DNA of 64,000 nucleotides, taken from Paecilomyces variotii. Its lineage: Eukaryota. Below the pieces are notes generated by a model. The model saw only the letters and a list, made by a program, of their open reading frames with translations. It had not been told where the DNA came from and searched no databases. A program made the translations under genes and the position numbers. Below are positions 24,390 through 37,850 of the stretch, one piece after another. Numbering within the stretch: the stretch's first letter is position 1; each line of letters opens with the position of its first letter. The DNA lies in the NCBI GenBank assembly GCA_004022145.1, contig RCNU01000001.1. One strand, given 5' to 3'.

Positions 24390-25459
24390 CCGGCGGGGCC
24401 CGGACGAAGGATGAGGATCCGGGGAATTGGCTTTCTACTGGTGTCTCGCCTGTGCCCAGACGCGGAACAAGGGGAACTATGACGATCCAGATGGACATGA
24501 CGGCGGCGGACGAGGAGGAGGAGGTGTTGTCCAGGTACTGAGCTTGCCGGTCTGCACCCCACGGGAATACGGATACTGTCTCTGGCATCTGCTAGCTACG
24601 ACTAGATAGTCAACTGGGATCGAACCGTTCTGCCGTGGTGGGAATGTCCCAGACGCTGGCAATCATCATGGACGTACTACTGCGTTACTGGGACGGCGTT
24701 GCGATGAGCCGATATGCCACCACCGCCTTTCCCCAGCGACTCGAGTGACCCGGTTAATCCGCTCCTCACAGCAGTAGTTAGCCGGGGAAGAATGAATGAA
24801 TGCATTGCGACGACGGAAACAGCATTATTGCAACCCTGGTCTGTGTGAGATTGAATCATCGCAATCATGACTGGTTGGACAAGCAATCAGCGGTCGAGTG
24901 GATCGGCCGTGGGTGGAGATGAGTCTATCGTTCTAGTCTAGATACTTAGAGTATGGTAGATAATAATATGGATAACTAGTCTAGTTTGCAAGTTGCACGA
25001 GCCCAGAACTGACGACACTGTTCATGGGACCATCGACCATCGACCATCAAACCAGCTGGCGAGCATCGGCTGGCTGGCTGATCAGTGAGGAGAATCGGTT
25101 GGTGAGCATCCAGACAGCTTTCGCTATCTCGCTGCCATACCATACCGTTACTGCTGCTTGAAATGCGGGGTATGCGATGATGGTGAACCCCAGTGCTGAG
25201 TGGACTCTTAATTTAATAATATATCCTGCTGGTCTCCTGTCAAGGTATGCAGAGTATCACTGCAGATTGTATTATGCTATAACTAGTTACTGTAGTATAA
25301 TAATATCCTACTCGATCTTCTCTCCCAGAATAATAATAATATCAATACATCATAATAATCAGTGACAGCGCCAGCCTTTCCGCATCGGGCAATCCAACTC
25401 CACCCGGACCCATCCGGGGTTGCTGACTCATCCGCCTTCCATCTCTCCGGTTCTCCCCG
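24390..25459. promoter_or_regulatory. Cluster of CCG-N7-CCG sites upstream of the mitochondrial carrier
   Basis: CCGG-N6-CCGG at 24390-24403 and 25404-25417 (each matches on both strands) and CCG-N7-CCG at 25447-25459. Confidence 0.45.
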
Positions 25460-27275
25460 GCCGATTGCCCGAAATGGCAACTTTCGGTTCTCCTCCTAAC
25501 TTATCTAGTATCTAGTAGTACTTACGCAAATCAAGCAGATGAAGAGGATTTATTTGATCCAAAATACGAGCATTTCATCTCACAATCGAGAGCCAAACTC
25601 TCATATCCGAGGAACTTTGTCGCTGGCGGGATCGGTAAACACGTTGGAATGATTTCGCCCATCCTTCCATCCGAGCTGGGTCCGAGGTATCAAGAGAGTC
25701 AGACGGCTTGCTGCTACCGTTAACTAGTTATACCTGGTAGTTGATTACGTAGGTAGAGGTCAATGCTGATGCCTAGAAGTCCAGATTCCAGACTCCAGTA
25801 GTAGTTATGTGACTTAGCTTCTTTACTACAGTACTATAATCGTCAACAGAGCAATGGGGCCGTCTCTGTTCGTCAGAAACCAAGATCTAAGCTAGATAGA
25901 GTGGAAGATCTGGACCGCGCTTGTTAGGTAGGTAGTTAGCAATGAGAACAGGGAAAAGCGAACATCCGCTTAACATCATCATCATCATCATTCTTCCGCC
26001 GATCCGCCAGAGTCGTCACTGTTTAAGCAGCCAAGGAAAACAGCAGTTTGCCAGGTTTATTGTTGGTTACATACAGTATGTTATATGCATAGTATAGTTG
26101 TCTCTGGCAGCTTACGTTTCCAGCGGAATAAAATAAAGCAAGAAGTAAAGGACCTGGTTTGATTTGACTTAACCGTCCACTTGACAGCAGGAACCAGAAT
26201 TGGTCAACTTACTCTTCATAGATCGAGCGGGATGCGCTCCCGAGCTTCGAGCGGATCTCAACAAACGGTCTCATCTATGTACATACATCTATCAAAACAA
26301 TAATAGGAATACAAAACGGAAAATACAGTTAGTTATCCACGGCACATCTACCTTAATCCGGCTTGATGGCGCGTGGAATCTTTCATATTTTGAGCTCCAT
26401 TAAGACTAAAAACTGTCTAATAATGCTTTGCACGGACCTTTTGACTCTTCTTCCAACTTACTATCTTTAGTTAATAATACCATCTGCATGATCCATTCAC
26501 TAATTTAATCATATAGATAAACTACTTTGTTGACCCCACTACGGAGTACTAACTACTTCTTCCGGAGATCTGTCCTCCGTACTAACCTAACTTATTCTTC
26601 TACGGAAGAAAGGACTTCCGCTAACTAGTTACTTATCTACTTAGAATCTATGGTACGCCGAGGATAAGCGCTGGAAGAACGGAGATGTGGGAATTAGATC
26701 AACGTTTTGACGGATGATTGTTCTAGAAGAAGAGCGGAAGATTATACCTGAGTTGCGGCTGAATGAAACGTTGGGTATTGGTTACTATCTAGAGTATCCG
26801 TGCCCATGATCTATTCTGTTCCCGTGATGCTTGTCTGGTCTATTGCCGTATATGGAGTGGCCTACAGAGTAACGACAGAGGTCTATAATAATAATAACTA
26901 ATAGACAGTATGCAGGAATTTGAAGAATGTAACAGTGACTTCGCAACTTATATAGTTACAGCATATTGTTTATCTAGTGTTTACATTGATAAGAAGAAAA
27001 ATGATAGCGTTGCTGATATATGATAAATAACTTCTATTTTGTAATACCTTTGCATCCATAGTGAGTTGGATTCTAAGCATGCGTCATCTTAGTTATTGCT
27101 GTATCGACTGAAACACACGTATGCCTTGAATGTACCTTGGAGCCAATCGTTCCATTGATCAGTTCTATTGAGAATAACTACCACCGACTCGACTATGCGA
27201 TGACCACAGAAACTGGATAGAGAATCTAACACATTCAATGCACATAAGGTAGAATAGATCAACAGGTGTCTCGCC

Positions 27276-28541
27276 TCATTCACTGCACCGCCGCAGGACA
27301 ACGTTCGTATACCCATCCCTGCTCAAACTCAGACGAGTACCCCTATTCAGATCTTCCATAACCTGTGAATCATCACACTCCATATGCCAGTCACCCCCCT
27401 CAAAAGCGGCGAGCACAACGCCCGCAACCAGGGCAATCGCTCTAGGCCCGAATGCCAGTTTGGCTGGACATCGGAATGGCTCGCCTCCAAAAGGCATGAA
27501 CGCCTTCCTTTGAAGATCAGAAAGCTTGTTCCACCGTTCTGGGTCAAATTTCAAAGCGTCAACACCCCATATGTCCGGATCGATATGCAGGCTCTCGATA
27601 TCTGCTATCTCGTTCTGTCTATCCCCCGGGTCAAATTGGAATGCACGATAGATATGTCGCGTAGGAGGGTACAGTCTCAATGCTTCATTGACGATTTCCT
27701 GGACAGAAATTCTGGTTTGTCCTTGATGGACAGACTGTGATTCGAAGAATCCTTCAAACTGTTCCTTCGTTGGATTGCGAGCAAACTTGATCAACGCCCT
27801 GCTCCATTCAGGATGCATGCGTCCCGTGGAGAACTTGACCTCAAGAAATGTCCTAAGAGCAATTCGCCATAAACTCTCGAAAGACGGCAGAAGCCAGTTC
27901 AATGGATTCTCTCGTGGATCCAAGGGATCATATTGAGGACAAATCGCGCGCAGTGCATCATGCAATTCATGATATTCCCGATAGACAATTCTGCGCTCGG
28001 GGAACTTTGAGTCAATCCAGATCTTGTTGATGAAGTTGCTTATTATCAGAAGACGGCTTTGATCAAGGTTTGTGGACGCTATGCCATCCTTGATAAAGAC
28101 TCGAAGGGCCATGCTGAGTGTCACGATTTGCACTAAAGATGCAAGGGACACCCCGTTCTCGGGATCATTCGCAAGGAAAGACTGTATATCTTTCCTTGCC
28201 ATTTCACTCAGTTCTTCCAACTTCGCCGTATTCATGGATCTCCGCGCCTGATTGACAAATTTCCTGGCCTGCGCCTCATCTGTAGTGGTGAACGGGTTGC
28301 TGACTCCGAATCCGCTCGCAATTCCGCTACTTGATATCGCTCGTGATTCAAATTGGGATAGCTGATTTGCTCGTCCGTCAGGCCCAACTTTAGCGGTGAT
28401 TGTATTGACGCACTTGTTGATCTTATCAATAGCAGACTCGGTTCCTGCCGCCAGTGATCTCTGCGTGGCTGGAAGCAGCCGAAGAATGATAACAGCAAAA
28501 AGGAGTGCGACAACCATGAGTAAGAACTGTAGAAGAGACAT
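27276..28541 (-). CDS. Divergent, intronless cytochrome P450 (421 aa)
   Basis: N-terminal TM anchor, EALRLYPP (ExxR), FDPERW (PERF-like), heme loop FMPFGGEPFRCPAK. Confidence 0.88.
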   Translation of the reverse strand: MSLLQFLLMVVALLFAVIILRLLPATQRSLAAGTESAIDKINKCVNTITAKVGPDGRANQLSQFESRAISSSGIASGFGVSNPFTTTDEAQARKFVNQARRSMNTAKLEELSEMARKDIQSFLANDPENGVSLASLVQIVTLSMALRVFIKDGIASTNLDQSRLLIISNFINKIWIDSKFPERRIVYREYHELHDALRAICPQYDPLDPRENPLNWLLPSFESLWRIALRTFLEVKFSTGRMHPEWSRALIKFARNPTKEQFEGFFESQSVHQGQTRISVQEIVNEALRLYPPTRHIYRAFQFDPGDRQNEIADIESLHIDPDIWGVDALKFDPERWNKLSDLQRKAFMPFGGEPFRCPAKLAFGPRAIALVAGVVLAAFEGGDWHMECDDSQVMEDLNRGTRLSLSRDGYTNVVLRRCSE

Positions 28542-29603
28542 TTTGCGGAAAGTGCCTATCTCTCTATGATGATATCTGGAAATTTCAAGGAAAAGATCTA
28601 ACTCCTAAGAGGTCAGGGAATCTCAAGATGTTAGATCAACGAAAAGCTTAAGACGGGAAGATTAAGTACGATATATAAGAACCAACGGGCATAGCAGGAG
28701 ATATTATTCTTTTAACAAAGACATCTCCACCATCAATCAAAGAATGTCGGAACCTGCCTACATACAGACCTCCCTCTTGTCGGGTTTCTCCCACATCCTT
28801 TGCAGCCCTACCCGCAGATATAGATGGGCTGGGCTAGTTGCTGCAAGAAATTCAAGCTCAGCGAGCTTCGCTCCAATAAAGAATTCCAGTGAATGGGAGC
28901 AAATAATCAAACATATTCTGATAGAAGCACATTCATTTTAAATTACCCTGTGCTGATATATGACAAGGCCAGGAATAGTTTGCTAAGCAGTCAGGGGTAC
29001 CTCTCCCACTGCCACCTTCATCGTCCAGTCACCTATCAGGCTTACACGCTTGATGGCTTGACAAGCTCTCAGGTAATTTGCATATGTCTACGCTGGACAC
29101 TGGTCTGCGAAAGCTATTTTGGTTCCTGTTTCTAAATGCTGTGTGGCCTTAGGTCTATATTTTCTATAAAGCAGCAGTACCCCTACAGCTAAACATCATT
29201 ATAGGCGGTCATCTTGCTCTCATAGATGACTCATGGTTTGTTTGAAATGCTTTAATTAGGTTATGTGCACGTTGGAAGATGAGACCTTCTATTCAAAGAC
29301 TCCATAGTCATTCAGCAAGGATTCCCATCCCACATTGTGTACTTTCCAGTTATTGTAGCCTGTCGAACAGTTCATGGCAGCTGTTTTGTGTAAGAGTTGG
29401 CTGGCTCCAGTCGATGGCTTTGAGGTAAACTAGAAGCAAGAACTCCTGCACATCGAATTGTCTATGGGATATATATATATATATATATATCTTGCCATAT
29501 TTGGCTACGGGTATAGACATGTAACCCCAGAGATAATGACTAGGATCTGGACAATGGAGACGGAGGACAGTAGTAAACATTATCAATAGTACTCGACATT
29601 GTT

Positions 29604-31114
29604 TCAATACTCCTGGGTATCCGAGGGCAAAACACTCTGCCGGGCTCGTTCTTGTTTGATTTGGGCTGCTTCCTCCGTCTTGACTCGTGCAGCATGTCTG
29701 CCAGAGTCTCCTTCCATCTCGTCATCATCGTCAACGTCGGATGAAGCCACGGTAAACCCGCTCTTTCGTCCGCCCTTGCGCCGTCTGCGCTCTGCCTCGT
29801 CCTCGTCGGATTCGTCTTCAGACTCGGCTTCGCGCTCCGCGCGGCGGACACGGCGGAGCAGGACGGGATCTGGCCGAAGGTCCTGCAGCGTCAATGTCAC
29901 AGAACAGACAGGGCATTTGACGCAGCGGACACGGCGCGGTCGGCTACCGTCCCGAGACGGGACGGCCTCCGTGGTCGGACTGTGCGCGATCATGTCTTCG
30001 ATGGCTTGACGTTCAAAGCTATGTGGGCACTTGGTGCTTGTGACGGGGTCTTTGAAGGTGAGGAGCGTCAGTGGACATCTTAGCGAGATGCGTTCACGCT
30101 CGATGGCGATGTCTTCTGAGCCCGCAGGTGACGCAGAGCGGTTGCGTCCGCGGCGTGTGCGTCGGGCGGGAGATGAAGCTCCACGAGCGGCCGTGCTGGG
30201 GTCTTCGAGATGCGAAAACCACGTGGATGGATGAGGAAGAGGAGGGATATCGTCTCCGGGATGTTTGGCGTCGTGCACAATGCGGTAGAATCCGACGTAG
30301 TCATTGTTAGTAGAGTACCTGAGCTTGTTAGCTTTTTTTCGCAATATGAAAACAAGGAATGATTCCGCCATGAATATGGAAATACGTACCTCTGTGTCAA
30401 CGACAGTCCCTCCCACTTCTCCGTATTCTCCGCCAGTTTCTGCTGCAGCTGCTGACTCGGCGGCTTGTCATCGCCACCGAGCTCACGTTCCGGAGAAGCC
30501 TCATAGTCCTGATCCTCCTCGTCATCTTCGTCCATTTCATCCGGATTTCTTCTTCTCCCTCCTCTCCTCGTCCTCGTCCGAATCGCATTTGCAGCCTCAG
30601 CAGCTTCGGCCTCCCTTGCTAAATCTCCTAACACATTCGTCAACCCCTCCAACTTGACCTCTGCATCCACAACCTCACGCATCTTCTCCTCCAACTGCGC
30701 CGTGATCTCCTTCACTTTCTCCTCCTTCTGTGCCAGTTCTTGCGCCTCTTCGTCATCCTCTTCCTGATTCCCATCTCCCTCATGCGCATCTTCCTGACCT
30801 TCTCTTGCAGCCTGTGCTTCCCTTCTTCGCTGCTGTTGTCGTCGCTGGAATCGCTGCTGAGCCTCCGTTAATCGATCATTGGCTTCCCCCGCAGTATCAG
30901 TCAGTTTCAATGACGCGTGCTTTAGATGTGTTTTTAGATGGCGGAAGCTTTGCGATTGTAGCAGGGCTGCTAGGGCGTGTTGGCCCTTTGGGTTCAGGGG
31001 TGCAGAAAGCGGTTGGTATTCTGGCATCGTAGGAGCTCGTGATGATTGTGCATGCTGGCTGTCTCGGTGTCGCTCACGGCGGCGTGAGGACGATTCCGGG
31101 GTGGCGGAGAGCAT
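29604..31114 (-). CDS. NSE2: Smc5/6 SUMO E3 ligase Nse2/Mms21 (SP-RING) (intron 30389-30319)
   Basis: ISLRCPLTLLTFKDPVTSTKCPHSFERQAI...CPVC SP-RING; RYSTNNDYVGFYRIVHDA; N-terminal coiled coil. Confidence 0.88.
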
Positions 31115-31645
31115 GGTGTATTGACACTTTTGCAGCAGACCTATAATGTGTAGGAACTGTAAGGTCTTTGAGCTACCGCAACATCGACGTCTGGTTGATG
31201 TGCTGAGGCCCTCCTGGGCAGTCGTAGCGTTGATGAGTTTCTCTAGTTTCGTTGATAACGTTGATAGCGACATTTAGGGAACGCGACGCGACGGCGCTAG
31301 TCCCAGTTAGATCTCCTGCCCGGGCATAACGGACCTACAATTGATTGAGAACATGTAACACTCAACGTTTCTACGAAAGCATCGAGTTGGATGGGATGAT
31401 TAACTTTTTGAATATGGGACGAGACCATGCATCCCAGTCACGCATTACTATAATACAACCAGTTCCATAAAGAGAAGGCCACCTTTCACCCTGTATGGTA
31501 CAACCGCTCCAGATGCACTGTAAAACGTAGATCTCAGCAGAGACCCGGCACCATAATACAATCGAATTGCAGATACAACATCAGAGCCATGACTGGGTGT
31601 CCGGCAATAGGGGGACAAAGCAACGTACACTGTTGCAGTGAGAAC

Positions 31646-33980
31646 CTAGACTTTGTAGAAGCAAAAAGCATGATAGAAACCTATTGAATGTTAGTTCTGA
31701 TTGCAATGATCCTCCTGCAATCACTTACTAGCTGCCTCAAGTTCTTCGTCAGAAACAAGTAAAGGCCCGCCTCCTCGGCCACGGACTCCCATCCGCTCGC
31801 TCAGAGGGCCCAACTCAGGATCATCCTTTTCTTCTTTCCAGATATCCAAAAATGGTCGACGGTATTGTAGCTCCAGATTATATTCCTCGGTGAGTCTAAT
31901 AGCGGCCTCTGTGAGTAGGGCAGTCCTGCACGGGGAAGACATGGTACACTTACGCTCGGAATGCTTCCCACGGCACAACATATTCGGGGATTTCCTCCAC
32001 GGCCTCTTCCATGAAATAGCTGTACTTCCATCCAAACGGGGGCCGGAAGACACCGTCTTCAGGAGTTGGCCCGGGGAACTTCACGCGATAGATGCTATTT
32101 CCCCACTCGGGATACTGTGGGAAGTCCTCGACTTCACCGTCTTCAGGAGCTTCAGTGCTTTCCTTCTTGGCCGCTTCATGCTCTTTCTGTTTCTTGTGGA
32201 ATTCGGCCACCCTGGCGCTGATGACATCGGAGTTTGGACCGACACCTAGAAACCGTCCTCCTTTCTTGAGAGCGCCGGCCACATTTCGAAGCATCTGCCG
32301 CGCCTTCTCCTCGCTCTCGAAAGCGTAGTGCATCGTGAACATGGAAGCAACTACATCAAAACCGCCGCCGCCCCAACGTGAGCTCATGATGGAACCCCCG
32401 GGTCCGACGTTGGGATCGATACCGACCTGTTGGATAATCCGCAAATCACCCAACCACTCCCCAAAGCAATCCTTGGGATAAAATTCAGCGTGGAATATAG
32501 GCCCAGCATTCCTCCGGCCGCGCTGTCCTCGGCCGCTTCTCATGCCTTCGTACCGGTCACGAGCTTGCTGGATGGAAATCTCAGCGGGGTCCAAGCCAAC
32601 GTAAAGATCGACAGGTTGAGGAGCCAGCTGCCACTTCCCCAGATCACCTCCTTTACCACAGCCCAGATCGACAACTAAGAGTCTCTTCTCTTCCGCTGGA
32701 GGGGGAGCAGTATCCTCGGCCCAATCCTTGGTTCCGGTTACCCGTGACAGAAATTCTTCATCTGGAGAGAATTTCTGGATAATTGTACTTTTGATCCAAT
32801 TGTTGAAGCTTCGCAGACCCTTGATCTTGCTGTCCGTCTTCCTCCATTCTCTGCCTCGTTCAGGGACGGCATTGTAGTGTTGTCGGACCACATCCGACAC
32901 ACCGCGGTCTCGTAATGCCCTTTGAGCTTCCTCCTCTTGAGCTCGCTCTCTCTCCTCTTGCCTGCGCCTTAGAACCTCTCGATTCACAATGCCCATGCGA
33001 GCACCACCACCTGGTCTTTTCCTCTGACGCGCTTGCGCTTCCGGCGTGGGTGACCGACGCGGTACTGGGGACGGGGATCTAGGAGTCTCCGTGAGGTTCT
33101 GGTCGGCAGGAGTGCCTCGTGCTGGGCTACGGTCACGTCTGGAGTAGACTGAAGGTGGAGTCCGACCGCGTCTTCTCAGCTTCTGGTGTCTCTCTTCCTG
33201 GCGCTTACGCTTTGATAGCGGTCGCTCCGACGACGATGCTGGTTTTTCAGCGGTCGCATCATCCTCTGTCACTTTCCTCTTCTTGTTATTGGGAGATCCG
33301 TCCTGCTGATGGCCATTTTCTCCCGATGTACGTTCGGTTGGGGACTTCGTAGCAGCCGCCGATTTCTCGGCCGCTTCTTTCTGAGAAAAATCCTGAGCTA
33401 CCCCGGGGCTGAGACTAGATTTTTCCATTGTCTGTTTCGCGGCCGGTTGGTCTTGTTTTTTAGATTTCGTCGTCGAGAGTGAGGGCGACCGTCGCTGGAT
33501 GCTGTTTTGCTCCGCGACAGGCTCCGGCGAGATGGTAGGTGGAGGAATAGTCGAGCTCCCTGACTCCGTGAGGCCTTCGACAGCTTCCTGAGGTACTGAG
33601 TGGGGAGCAATGGCTGTCTGCAGAGACGAGTTAAGCCAGATCAGTAAGGGTCTATGGACCTTGGGGCGTAAGATCAACTCTCCGTTCCCCACGAGGAGCG
33701 AATCATGCCAGGGACACTAGAAGTAGATAGGCAAGCTACTCACCCGAGAGTCCAGCACGGTATCCCGATCGTCTCTATCACTGGTGACGGTGACACGGTC
33801 CTCCTTCTGCGATATTATTTCTGGGGCAATGAGTCGCGCTTCGTCTGGGGCGTCACGTCGGCCTGGCCGGTGGGCGTGCTCCGCCGAGTAGTCCCGGTCC
33901 TGCTCGTCCGACACGGTGTAGGTGTCCCGAGCTGGGTCGTACATAGCGCCAGAGGACCGACGACGCTTCTCCGTCGACAT
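31646..33980 (-). CDS. ABD1: mRNA cap guanine-N7 methyltransferase, multi-exon
   Basis: VRQHYN, SKIKGLRSFNNWIKS, VDLGCGKGGDLGKW, MHYAFESEEKAR, PEYVVPWEAF, terminal FYHAFCFYKV after splicing. Confidence 0.95.
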
Positions 33981-36300
33981 GATGGGCGATCACGATGCTC
34001 TCTGTCGCTCTTGGTTCTTCTCAGAGCGAACACTGCCTGCGGCCTTGAACCATCCTTGGAGCTTCTCACGGCTCGTGTCGTCGATTCCCCGATTCGGTCT
34101 AGCACGTCCGATCTCTGGCCTTGCCGGATCTGGTCGCCAGTTGGTTGGGCTGGTCTACGATGATAAAGAACTTATAATGATAATAATAGGGATAATAATA
34201 GAAGCCATTACGGCGACCAAATGGGATGGGGATCGATATCCTGCTGGGTGAGTTTCTTTATGGGTTTCTGGACCGCTTCGTCGCTGACAGTTATAGCAGG
34301 TTCCCTCCAAAAGTTATGCCTTGGGCCAGACTCCTAGCTTGTACGGTAAATGCTTTGGCTTCCATGTGGCATCGCAATTCACTTATAGGGCTGGGCGAGC
34401 TTACAGATAGAGCTGATACCAGATAGGGGGGATTCCCATTGAAGTCAGGGGAAAGGGGTAGTGATAGGAGCCTGGTCGATAGCTTCGAAGGGGCCTATAG
34501 CAGAGCACTGATTAGCTTTTGGAAAAGTGGCATTTCCATCTCAATGGCAATGGATATGGAACTAAATCTGTTGCAGTGAATATCATTTATTATTTTTAGC
34601 CTCGCAACGATTAGACATTTCACAAAGCGGCGCTGGCGGCCCTGTTGAGACCATATCTGGTTCTGGGCTGAATCCCTCCAAGGCGCGAATTACAGTTGAC
34701 GATCAGATTCAGACACAAAACTTTCCATGATTAACGGCTTCAAAAGTCCCCTTGCAGTACATAATGAGTGGTTCAGAAAACACTAGCTGAAACAACATCT
34801 ATGTTGCTAGACCGATACCTTCTCCCCGGCCAATTATCGCGCGATCTGCATACAGAGCATAAGAGCAGGCGCGATTAAGAGTTTCGGTAAAAAGTTCCGA
34901 CCAACTATCTGTGTGGGATTTGATTCGCTTATCGCAGAGTAAAAAAGCAGGCTTAAATGTCGGGATTCAGGGAGCTTGGTTACAAGGAAATACTGATATG
35001 GTCTCATAAGACAGCGCCGATGACTACAGCATATACTGGTCTCCCATGATCGTAAAGGCGTATATATTTCATGAGAGTAGTTCTATATAGAATAGACAGT
35101 GTCCCTACAGCTATGGCACCACAGTACCGGTGCATTCGCAGTATCTATATTGTCTAATACTTCATTCGGCTCTAACTCATCAGTCATGCATCAACACATA
35201 CCTAGAAGTGACGTAAAAAGAGGTGTCTACAGTCGACTTTTCTTGGTGGTTCTCAGTATGCATTTTCTTGTAAGATCAAAGGGTCTTATCGCACGATCTG
35301 GGCACTTCGTAGGGCCCAGAAAAAGCGCCAAAGTTGAGCCTACGCGACCCACAGAAACTACATACTCTATCCAAGTTCTCAACACGTTCAACCAACTGCA
35401 CCACCACTAGCGACCTTTTCTCGGCATAATCCGATGATACCATTATGAATATATACGCACATTCGCCTTTTGTCTCTACTTGCTGAAAGCGCCATGGAAG
35501 ATGTAAATCATGCGAGATGAAATTTCCCAGTCTTAATCAAAGTATTCTCGTGGGATAGTTCTCTAATGGCAGAGTCAGAGTTTCGTGTACTCGTGGACAT
35601 AGCACCAGTTCAGGCTCTCTCAGAGAATATCACTCTCCATATATGGAAATATCATCTTACCATGATCGGAAGATCCCCTGGAATGGAGGGGGGTAGCAAT
35701 ATCCACTTATGATCTTCTTTCGGGTTCTTTCCACGAATTATAGCCAACAGGCGAGTAGGACGAAGCCACCTCTTTGTTCTAGAATCATGTACGCCTGGCT
35801 TCGCATTACATCACAGAAGGTGAACACGAGTATTCTCAAACAAAGATGCGACATGCGGCTCCCTTGAGTAGGGAGTACTCTATGTATGTATGGTACTCTG
35901 TATAGTACATAGCTCTTTTGATATCCCTGCAACGCGACCATCATATGTCATTGTGGCGATCCGATCGCCACCAGTTTGCTCCTTGGGTGACACCTTCCAG
36001 TCTTGGCAATAAAAAAATATAATCCCTCTTCTGCGAGTATATTAACTGATCCTGGCATTTTATCTATCAAGGTCTTGCATCTTCCGTTTCTTTGCAAGTC
36101 GTGATTCCTATACCAAATTCACGGGAAATTCGTTAATAAGACCAACTAGATTCGAAGCTTAACTTTAACCAAATCTCTCTACCATACATATCCGATCTTC
36201 GGAGAGCCGACCGAGAAGACTGAGCTCCAGCCTTTACTCTACAAGGCATCGGAAATCACTGATCCTCCCGAAGTTTCCGTCCTCTACCACATACGGCAAA

Positions 36301-36651
36301 ATGGAACAGCCACTTCGTCTCCGAGATATCCAGCCGGCGCCCTCTGCTCAGGGTATACCGACCATCCGTTCCACTGGCCAAGTCACCAAGCGCACCGCTT
36401 CTTATACAACACCAGCTAAATCATCGTCTGAGACCACCATATCACAAAACTCGCACTGTCAGAAGATCGACGAAGTCCGACACTATGACCAGGAATTAAA
36501 GGCCGGTTTGACTCAGCTTTTGAATGAAGGAAAAGATAAATCCAGTATGCAAGGTCGGAGATTCGTGCAGAATAAGTTGATGGAAACGGAACGAGAATTG
36601 AGGAAACAGCATAAGGAATCTCTCAAGAGCCGCAGACCTAGTTTGGCTTGA
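36301..36651 (+). CDS. Hypothetical 116-aa protein with C-terminal helical/coiled-coil segment
   Basis: ATG in good context (GCAAAATGG), protein-like C-terminus (ELKAGLTQLLNE...FVQNKLMETERELRKQHK); no family recognised. Confidence 0.6.
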   Translation: MEQPLRLRDIQPAPSAQGIPTIRSTGQVTKRTASYTTPAKSSSETTISQNSHCQKIDEVRHYDQELKAGLTQLLNEGKDKSSMQGRRFVQNKLMETERELRKQHKESLKSRRPSLA

Positions 36652-37850
36652 AATTTGTCTTCTATCATGATGGAGTATCGGGGGTATTCTAATTGCCTGG
36701 TTTTGCACGCCGTGTCTTCGGATCTGGGTCAAGCGAGGAGTTGGTGGTTTTGTTGGGCAGTGATCTGTGGTTTCTATTATGGCGCTGATCAATGATACAT
36801 CCAATATTAAATACCTGGTTAAGCAGTTAACTACCAGTTGACATATCCACGTTCCTGCAACTAATCGAAGAAGCGAGAATTCTCACGAGATGGACTACTG
36901 AGCTCGTATCGTAAAGATACAGTACACTCCGATGGTCTAGAACTGTAGTCAATCGCAGTGGAAAGTTCCCTGAGAGAGAGAAATACTAGCCCTATATGGC
37001 ACCATATACACAGTACCAAATCGACTCGAGGATGATGCTTACGTTAGAGTTGAAGAAGATTATAAACCGCAATACCTACTGGTAGATCTCTCAAATTGCC
37101 AGTACTCCGCGAAAGGCTATACTGTCTCCGGCTAGTTAACTAAACCCCAGAATGTATGAATAATCCCCTCCCCCGCGATCTTCCCCAGGTTTATTTCCGC
37201 GTTCCTCTCTAATCTATTAAGGTTAGTAGATGCGTTAGTATCATATGCTCGGAATTGACGGATCGCTGGAACGGAGCGCTTTTTTTGGCCGGATCTCATC
37301 ATGTCAGCTCTTCCCTCCCAATCAGTGAACCGTGAAGCAAGGGAAGATTTTCAGATATCCTTAAAAAAAGATATATTGTCACGGTAGTTACGCCGATATC
37401 AGATAGAATTACTGGACGGAAATTGCAGGGTGTGGCAACTTATCCGTTGGCCAGGCGGCTTAGATAGTCACAACATGCTATTATGGAGCTTGAGAACCAC
37501 AGGCTTGATAAGAACTGCTTATCCAAATGGCTCTGCTTCAGGAGGGGATACGCTTTTTAAGCTTTGAAACAGATACAACAAGAGTTAATCTTACGGCCTC
37601 TTATGTTCTCATAAATGTCAATACGTCGTGTGCGCCGCTCGATGGGGGAGCAAGACATTCATATTCAATTCTCATATCGGAAGTTCGTGACATCTATATA
37701 ACTAGTTAGGTGATGCAGATTACATAGCAGGTATCATGACATATACCCAAGATGATCCAGACCCGGTCTCTTAGCGCCTCGCTCGAAAACGAAATCATAA
37801 GATGCAAGCAAAATTAACAATGTAATCCGGTCGTCGCCAGTTCTCATCGG

